Below, in pieces: positions 27,058 to 32,690 of a stretch of DNA of 32,690 nt. The DNA lies in NCBI GenBank assembly GCA_964391815.1, contig CAYMNN010000003.1, positions 1 to 32,690 on the forward strand, in the 5' to 3' direction. How positions within the stretch are numbered: position 1 is the first letter of the stretch; the number at the start of each line of letters is the position of its first letter. This stretch comes from an uncultured Candidatus Planktophila sp. (GTDB lineage Bacteria > Actinomycetota > Actinomycetes > Nanopelagicales > Nanopelagicaceae). The notes below the pieces were generated by a model. That model had not been told where the DNA came from. It saw only the letters and a program-made list of their open reading frames with translations, and searched no databases. Position numbers and translations under genes: made by a program.

Positions 27058-27522
27058 TTTTTTAGCCAAATCCTCGACCAGGTCAGCAAGTTCAGTTCGC
27101 ACAAAATCGCGAGTAGCAACCTCGCCCAGTGAATTTCGAAGCGCAGCAAGTTCGCGAGTTAAGTATTCGGTATCTGCAATGGATCGTTCATTCTGTTCAC
27201 GATCTTCATTAAGTTGAACTCGATCACGATCTGCTTGGCGATTTTGGGCAAGTAGAATCAAGGGCGCTGCATACGATGCCTGCATTGATAAGATCAAAGT
27301 CAGAAAAATAAACGGATAATCATCAAACCTTAAATTCACAGGTGCAGCAAAGTTCCAGATAACCCAAAAAGCAATAAAAATTGTCATGTAAACAAGAAAA
27401 CGCGCAGTGCCCAAGAATCGTGCAAAACGTTCGGACATGCGACCAAAAGCTTCAGGGTCATAATTCGGACGAAGCGAACGTCGAGTCTCGCGTGGAGTAT
27501 CTAAACCACTATTGCGTGCCAT
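27025..27522 (-). CDS. DUF1003 family membrane protein
   Basis: ARFLGT, FDDYPFIFLTLILSMQASYAAPLILLAQNRQ, two TM segments and a coiled-coil tail. Confidence 0.92.
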   Translation of the reverse strand: MARNSGLDTPRETRRSLRPNYDPEAFGRMSERFARFLGTARFLVYMTIFIAFWVIWNFAAPVNLRFDDYPFIFLTLILSMQASYAAPLILLAQNRQADRDRVQLNEDREQNERSIADTEYLTRELAALRNSLGEVATRDFVRTELADLVEDLAKKLRRDTQSDSE

Positions 27523-27534
27523 CTTTAACCCTCC

Positions 27535-28812
27535 TTAAATGTTTTCTGCTTCAAAAGAAACTGGTGATTTTTCGCGGTGATCGTGTCGCCAATTTTCAGG
27601 CAGTAAGTGATCCAGAACATCGTCAACGGTGACTGCTCCCAAAAGCCGTTCGTTTGCATCTACAACCGGCAAAGAAAGCATGTTGTAGCTTGCTAAATGC
27701 GAAGATACTTCGTGCAAAGTTGCATCAGGATTAGTTCCTTTTGTATCAGTATCAACAATTGAACCCAGCAGCGTTGATGGAGGTTCGCGAAGCAGACGTT
27801 GATAGTGGACCACACCAATAAAGCGACCGGTTGGAGTTTCAACTGGCTGGCGACAGATATAAATCTGAGAAGCAAGAGCCGGAGAAATCTCTTTCTGACG
27901 TACCGCCGCTAAAGCATCAGCCACGGTGGAATCTGCGGTTAGAACAATTGGTTCTGTGGTCATCATTCCACCAGCTGAATAATCTTCGTACGTCATTAAT
28001 CGCAAAACATCTTCAGCATCTTCAGGTTCCATGAGATCTAGAAGCGCATTTGCACGCTCTTCGCCAACTTCACGCAACAAATCTGCGGCATCATCAGGAT
28101 CCATTTCACCTAGAACATCTGCAGCACGTTCTCCTTCAAGTTCTGCAAGCAGGGCAACGCGATTTTCTTCATCCATTTCTTCTAAAACATCTGCAAGTCG
28201 TTCATCATCTAGTGCGCTGGCAACTTCGATGCGTCGCTTTGGAGCTAAGTCTTGTAGAACCGCTGCAAGGTCTGCTGCGCGCAGATTTGCCAAAGTTGAT
28301 AGCAGATTAGCCACACCTTGATTTTGTTCAGTGATTGCAAAACCGACGACTTCTTCCCAGGCAACAGTTGATGTTGCACCTTTGCGACGCAAACCTTTGC
28401 CTTTGCGCATGATGTGGACTTTGGCAATTAACCAATCACCATTTCGTGATTGCTCCATACCCATATCTTCAACAACAACTTCTTCTGAAGTTTCAAGCAA
28501 AGTGATTGAGCGATCCAGCATTTCTCCAAGAACAAGGACTTCACCGGGACGGGTATCAAAACGGCGCATGTTAAGCAGACCAGTAATGACAACTGCGCCA
28601 CTTTCAATCGAAGTAACTCGAGTAATCGGAACAAAAACACGACGTCGCAAAGGAACCTCAACAACTAATCCAAGAATGCGTGGCTGCTGATTGTTAGTTC
28701 GCAGGGTCGCGACAGCATCTCGCACCTTTCCTACTGGGTCACCATTTGGGTCAAAGACCGCGGTGCCAGCAAGACGGGCGAGAAATACTCGGTTTAAGAG
28801 ATTGCCGCTCAT
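27535..28812 (-). CDS. MgtE intracellular-domain/CBS protein (no TM domain)
   Basis: N-terminal beta-rich domain, acidic MgtE_N repeats (ADLA.., ADVLEEM, MDPDDAADLL), AGGMMT, CBS pair ending LGAVTVDDV. Confidence 0.92.
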   Translation of the reverse strand: MSGNLLNRVFLARLAGTAVFDPNGDPVGKVRDAVATLRTNNQQPRILGLVVEVPLRRRVFVPITRVTSIESGAVVITGLLNMRRFDTRPGEVLVLGEMLDRSITLLETSEEVVVEDMGMEQSRNGDWLIAKVHIMRKGKGLRRKGATSTVAWEEVVGFAITEQNQGVANLLSTLANLRAADLAAVLQDLAPKRRIEVASALDDERLADVLEEMDEENRVALLAELEGERAADVLGEMDPDDAADLLREVGEERANALLDLMEPEDAEDVLRLMTYEDYSAGGMMTTEPIVLTADSTVADALAAVRQKEISPALASQIYICRQPVETPTGRFIGVVHYQRLLREPPSTLLGSIVDTDTKGTNPDATLHEVSSHLASYNMLSLPVVDANERLLGAVTVDDVLDHLLPENWRHDHREKSPVSFEAENI

Positions 28813-28834
28813 GGGTTAAGGGTACCTTTCTCTT
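28813..28834. promoter_or_regulatory. Bidirectional leaderless promoter sharing a central TA
   Basis: Plus-strand TACCTT (28823-28828) lies 6 nt before ATG 28835. Minus-strand TACCCT (28824-28819) lies 6 nt before ATG 28812. The spacer is 22 bp. Confidence 0.75.
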
Positions 28835-29728
28835 ATGAATGCAGGCGAACGTATTAATGAACATACTGCAATACCTGCTAAGCCTGATCTGATTCGAATG
28901 GGTCTAGGAATCATTGGAATTGGAACATCTGGTCCATTGATTGCAATGAGTGCGATGCCAATCCTGACTTTGATTTTTTGGCGCAATTTAGGTGGATCCC
29001 TGATTACTTTGCCTTTTGCGTTGCGACATGCACGCGATCGCGTCGGAATGAAATGGGCCGTAATTGCCGGAGTACTTTTAGCACTTCACTTCGTTGGATT
29101 CTTCTTAGCGATGCGCATGACAACTGTTGCTGCTGGTACTGCGCTAGTTGCGCTGCAGCCAATTTTTGCGGCTTTGTTTGTAAAGTTTAGTGGCGGACAT
29201 ATTCCCTCAAAAGCTTGGCTCGGAATGATTGTCAGCTTTGCTGGTGTTGTTCTTGTCTCTGGCGTGGATCTAACAATTTCATTCAGAGCCTTCTTAGGCG
29301 ATATCGCTGCCTTGATATCTGCGGCTTTAGCTGCGGCATACATGATTGCTGGCTCAAAAGCACAACGCACTTTAGAGACAAGTACATATACAACGGTTTG
29401 CTACTTTGTTTGCGCAATGACTGCGTTACCAATGGCTTTGATTGCAGGAAATGAAATCTTTTCCTTTGAAGCAAATGAATGGTTGATTTTGTTGGGCCTT
29501 ATTCTTGGCGCTCAGTTATTGGGGCATACGATGTTTAATTCAGCGCTCAAGCGAGTATCACCTGCAATTGTTTCACTGATTGTCTTTTTTGAAGTTCCAG
29601 TAAGCGCCGTACTTGCGGCCTGGTGGTTAGATCAGACACCACCTATCGGAGTTATCCCAGGAATCGTACTTATTTTGATCGGATGCGTTTTAGTTGTAAC
29701 CAGAACAAGGGGTGTAAAGAATGATTGA
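28835..29728 (+). CDS. DMT/EamA family transporter
   Basis: About ten hydrophobic segments in two repeats, with FWR, LALHF, QP, GD, QLLGHT and EVP motifs. Confidence 0.9.
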   Translation: MNAGERINEHTAIPAKPDLIRMGLGIIGIGTSGPLIAMSAMPILTLIFWRNLGGSLITLPFALRHARDRVGMKWAVIAGVLLALHFVGFFLAMRMTTVAAGTALVALQPIFAALFVKFSGGHIPSKAWLGMIVSFAGVVLVSGVDLTISFRAFLGDIAALISAALAAAYMIAGSKAQRTLETSTYTTVCYFVCAMTALPMALIAGNEIFSFEANEWLILLGLILGAQLLGHTMFNSALKRVSPAIVSLIVFFEVPVSAVLAAWWLDQTPPIGVIPGIVLILIGCVLVVTRTRGVKND

Positions 29729-30566
29729 TATTCACACCCACACCACCTGTAGTGACGGTACCGATTCACCTAGAGAGCTAGTAAACAAGGCGATCGTGCA
29801 AGGTTTAGAAGTATTGGGAATATCAGATCACGACACAACCGCAGGGTGGGCCGAAGCAACCGAATCACTTCGCGGTTCGCTGAAGTTAGCACTGGGTTCT
29901 GAAATATCATGCTTAACTAATGACGGCGTGAGCGTACATATGTTGGGTTTGCTCTTTGATCCTAACCACGCAGAGATGCAGCAAGTGCTAGAAGAAACCC
30001 GCGATGGTCGACTTCCGCGAATGCGCAAGATGATTGAAAAAATGCGAGCTGAAGGAATCGATATTTCACTTCACGATGTTGAACAAGCTATGCCCGCAGG
30101 AGCCACAATGGGTAGGCCACACTTAGCCGATGCCTTAGTGGCTAAGAAAATTGTGAAATCTCGGGATGAAGCTTTTGTAGATTTATTGCACAACGAATCA
30201 CGTTTTTATGTATCTCATGCGGCTCCGACTCCTGCAGAGGCAATTGGTTTGATTCGCAGAGCCGGGGGAGTTGCAGTAATTGCCCATCCTTTTGCATCCC
30301 ATCGCGGGCAAATTCTAAAACCTGAAGATTTTTCCGAATTAGTTTCCGCTGGTCTCAATGGCATCGAAGTTGATCACAGAGATCAAAACCCAGATGAAAG
30401 AGCTATGTTGCGAACAATCGCGCATGAACTTGATCTCGTTATTACCGGAAGCAGTGATTATCACGGCACCGGAAAACTTAATTCATTAGCGGAAAACCAT
30501 ACCCATAGGGAACAATGGGAGAAGTTAGAATCTCAAGCCAATGCTCGAAGGGTCGTTTCAGCGTGA
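29721..30566 (+). CDS. PHP-domain phosphoesterase (YciV/TrpH-like)
   Basis: DIHTHTTCSDG, SDHDT, EIS, VHMLG, GRPH, AHP and GSSDYHG motifs. Confidence 0.92.
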   Translation: MIDIHTHTTCSDGTDSPRELVNKAIVQGLEVLGISDHDTTAGWAEATESLRGSLKLALGSEISCLTNDGVSVHMLGLLFDPNHAEMQQVLEETRDGRLPRMRKMIEKMRAEGIDISLHDVEQAMPAGATMGRPHLADALVAKKIVKSRDEAFVDLLHNESRFYVSHAAPTPAEAIGLIRRAGGVAVIAHPFASHRGQILKPEDFSELVSAGLNGIEVDHRDQNPDERAMLRTIAHELDLVITGSSDYHGTGKLNSLAENHTHREQWEKLESQANARRVVSA

Positions 30567-31174
30567 AAGACATCAGTGCACTTACATTCGCAGTTCAATC
30601 ATTTGTGACGCTATTTGTCATTATGGATCCACCCGGAGCTACGCCAATTTTCTTAGGCTTGGTTGCAGATAAATCTCCAAAGGTTCGTCGAATCTTGGCG
30701 ATTCAGGCCGCAGCGGTATCACTGCTGGTCATTTCAATTTTTGCATTGTTTGGTCGTGCAATTTTGAATTACCTCAATATTTCTATGGAAGCCTTACAGG
30801 CGGCAGGTGCACTTCTGTTACTCCTTGTAGCCCTGGAATTATTAACCGGAAATACCAAGAAGCATGGCGATGATGGTGATTCAAATATTGCATTAGTACC
30901 GCTAGGAACACCGATTTTGGCTGGCCCTGGCGCCATTGTTGCAACCATGATTTTCGTCCAGCAAGTTGATACAACTGCCATGGCATTAGGACTAACGGCA
31001 GCGGTTGTGGCGGTTCACATCGCTATCGCGATTGCGCTGATGGCATCAACCACGATCCTAAAGGTGATTAAAGAATCGGGCGTAACCCTTGTTGCTCGAA
31101 TTGCAGGTTTGTTACTTGCGGCAATCGCAGTACAAATGCTGGTCGATGCAATCCGAGTCTTTGTTGCGGCTTAG
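30563..31174 (+). CDS. MarC family integral membrane protein
   Basis: TLFVIMDPPG..P.F, IALVPLGTPILAGPGAI and RIAGLLLAAIAVQ motifs. GTG start overlaps the PHP stop (GTGA). Confidence 0.92.
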   Translation: MKDISALTFAVQSFVTLFVIMDPPGATPIFLGLVADKSPKVRRILAIQAAAVSLLVISIFALFGRAILNYLNISMEALQAAGALLLLLVALELLTGNTKKHGDDGDSNIALVPLGTPILAGPGAIVATMIFVQQVDTTAMALGLTAAVVAVHIAIAIALMASTTILKVIKESGVTLVARIAGLLLAAIAVQMLVDAIRVFVAA

Positions 31175-32508
31175 CTCTCTTTAAACTTCTTAGTACGCGT
31201 ACGTGTTCGTTCAGTTCGCGGTTTTGGCGCTTCCTGTTTTGAACGCACTGGTCGCGCTTCCTTATTTTCTACTTTTGCTACCGGCTTAGCCTTAACCAAG
31301 CGTCCTGTAGAACCTGCTGGAATATTCAGAGTTTGGTAGAGATGTTCTGAGGAAGAATAAGTTTCTTCAGGCTCAGCTAAACCAAGTGCCAAGGTTTGAT
31401 CAATCATTTTCCAACGCGCAAGCTCATCCCAATCGACAAAAGTGACTGCAATTCCATGTGCGCCTGCACGAGCGGTGCGACCGATTCGGTGCACATAAGT
31501 TTTTTCATCTTCTGGACATTGGTAGTTAATCACGTGAGTAATTCCGTCAATGTCGATTCCACGTGCAGCCACATCAGTTGCAACAAGTACATCTGATTTT
31601 CCAGCCTTGAAATCACTCAAAGCTTTTTCTCGTGCGCTTTGTCCAAGATCTCCATGAATGGGTGCTGCCTTAAATCCACGCTCTAGCAAATCTTCAGCGG
31701 TTTTTTGAGCGGTTCTTTTGGTGCGACAGAAGACCATAGTTGGTCCACGACCTTCAGCTTGCAAAATTCTGGCAAGCATTTCAATTTTATCTAATGCGTG
31801 TGCACGCAAAACATGCTGCTTGATTCGAGTAACAACTGCGCCTTCATCTTCGCTATCTTGTGTGCGGATATGAATCGGTTGATTCATAAATCGACGAGCT
31901 AGCGCGATGATGTCGCCAGGCATGGTGGCTGAAAACAACATGGTTTGAGCCCGATTTGGTGTACTGGACAAGATCTTTTCTACATCAGGCAAAAAGCCAA
32001 GGTCTAACATTTCATCTGCTTCATCTAAAACAAGTCGCGACACCTCTTTTAGCTTCAATTGACCTTGTCTAGAAAGGTCCAGTAAGCGTCCAGGTGTTCC
32101 GACAACAATTTCAACTCCGGCTTGTAACGCTTCGATTTGTGGTTCAAATGCGCGTCCACCATAAACCGCCACGGTACGAATTCCACGGTTTGATGCAAGC
32201 TCTTCAATATCTTTTGTTACCTGCGTACACAGTTCACGTGTTGGAACAACAATTAAAACTTGGGGCAAACCTTTTTTATCAAAATCGGCCCATTCTGGAT
32301 CATGCGGTGCGATGACCCGTTCAATAACTGGAATACCAAATGCAAGAGTCTTTCCGGTTCCAGTCTTTGCCTGACCGATTACATCTCCATCTGCCAAAGC
32401 GATTGGCAGGACCATTTCTTGAATAGCAAATGGTGCTAAGAAACCGTGAGCATGCAACGCCTCAATAGTTTGACTGCGCAGGGGCAGGTCAGCAAATGTT
32501 GTTGCCAT
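31171..32508 (-). CDS. DEAD-box ATP-dependent RNA helicase
   Basis: Q motif PFAIQ, AKTGTGKT, PTREL, TPGRL, DEAD, SAT, RGID and HRIGRTAR motifs, with a basic C-terminal tail. Confidence 0.96.
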   Translation of the reverse strand: MATTFADLPLRSQTIEALHAHGFLAPFAIQEMVLPIALADGDVIGQAKTGTGKTLAFGIPVIERVIAPHDPEWADFDKKGLPQVLIVVPTRELCTQVTKDIEELASNRGIRTVAVYGGRAFEPQIEALQAGVEIVVGTPGRLLDLSRQGQLKLKEVSRLVLDEADEMLDLGFLPDVEKILSSTPNRAQTMLFSATMPGDIIALARRFMNQPIHIRTQDSEDEGAVVTRIKQHVLRAHALDKIEMLARILQAEGRGPTMVFCRTKRTAQKTAEDLLERGFKAAPIHGDLGQSAREKALSDFKAGKSDVLVATDVAARGIDIDGITHVINYQCPEDEKTYVHRIGRTARAGAHGIAVTFVDWDELARWKMIDQTLALGLAEPEETYSSSEHLYQTLNIPAGSTGRLVKAKPVAKVENKEARPVRSKQEAPKPRTERTRTRTKKFKES

Positions 32509-32529
32509 AATTATTTAATCCTAACGATT

Positions 32530-32688
32530 TTAGTTGCGTGGAAATCCTGAAATGCCGCGCCACATAAGGTTGTAAACCAATGCAACTGCATCCTGTCGAC
32601 TTAACTTGCTATCTCGTTCGAGCCAGTGACGAGCAGTTACTTGCGCATAACCAATCATTCCAACACCCAAAAGCATTGATGCCTCTTT
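32530..32688 (-). CDS. Probable TetR-family regulator, C-terminal fragment (5' end beyond window)
   Basis: My translation is KEASMLLGVGMIGYAQVTARHWLERDSKLSRQDAVALVYNLMWRGISGFPRN*. The AQV.AR.WL...WRGI.GFP ending recalls the conserved actinobacterial TetR (Rv3208-like) found near the DEAD helicase. Confidence 0.7.
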   Translation of the reverse strand, partial: KEASMLLGVGMIGYAQVTARHWLERDSKLSRQDAVALVYNLMWRGISGFPRN

Positions 32689-32690
32689 TG

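Noticed and set aside
28000-28290. Repetitive-looking sequence in the MgtE gene
   Set aside because: Reflects the acidic helical repeats of the MgtE_N domain rather than a DNA repeat or CRISPR array.
1-32690. Mobile elements, prophage, defence systems, CRISPR, tRNA or rRNA
   Set aside because: No integrase, transposase, nuclease or repeat-spacer pattern was seen. The two spacers long enough for a tRNA (80 and 93 bp) show no cloverleaf or T-loop motif.

Overview
A densely packed 32.7 kb core-genome segment with moderate GC (mid-40s % by eye) from a streamlined actinobacterium. Gene content, tiny intergenic spacers and pervasive leaderless-type promoters suggest a freshwater acI/Nanopelagicales-like lineage (inference). 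It has four blocks. (1) 1-12.3 kb: a nucleoside import and catabolism cluster (ABC permease tail, cdd, deoA, add, a coupled cytochrome P450, rbsK, nucleoside hydrolase, a split ALDH16-like pair, deoC, phosphomutase, PNP, maf). (2) 12.4-20 kb: a degenerate PurK-like gene without purE, a CoA-binding protein and a cell-envelope glycopolymer module (ugd, LCP, GT2, wzm/wzt, SpoIID/LytB). (3) 20-28.8 kb: the actinobacterial dapD-LOG-DUF3117-pepA-methyltransferase-htrA-tatB-mrp-DUF1003-MgtE region, lacking dapE and sigE/rseA but carrying a 64-aa sigma-region-4-only protein. (4) 28.8-32.7 kb: EamA, PHP, MarC, a DEAD-box helicase and a TetR tail. I saw no mobile elements, CRISPR, rRNA or tRNA. The most interesting signals are overlapping bidirectional leaderless promoters, the threonine-less P450 in the nucleoside operon, the split ALDH16-like pair, the PurK pseudoenzyme, the sigma-4 mini-protein, a likely ATT start codon, and a DUF3117 gene missed by the ORF track.
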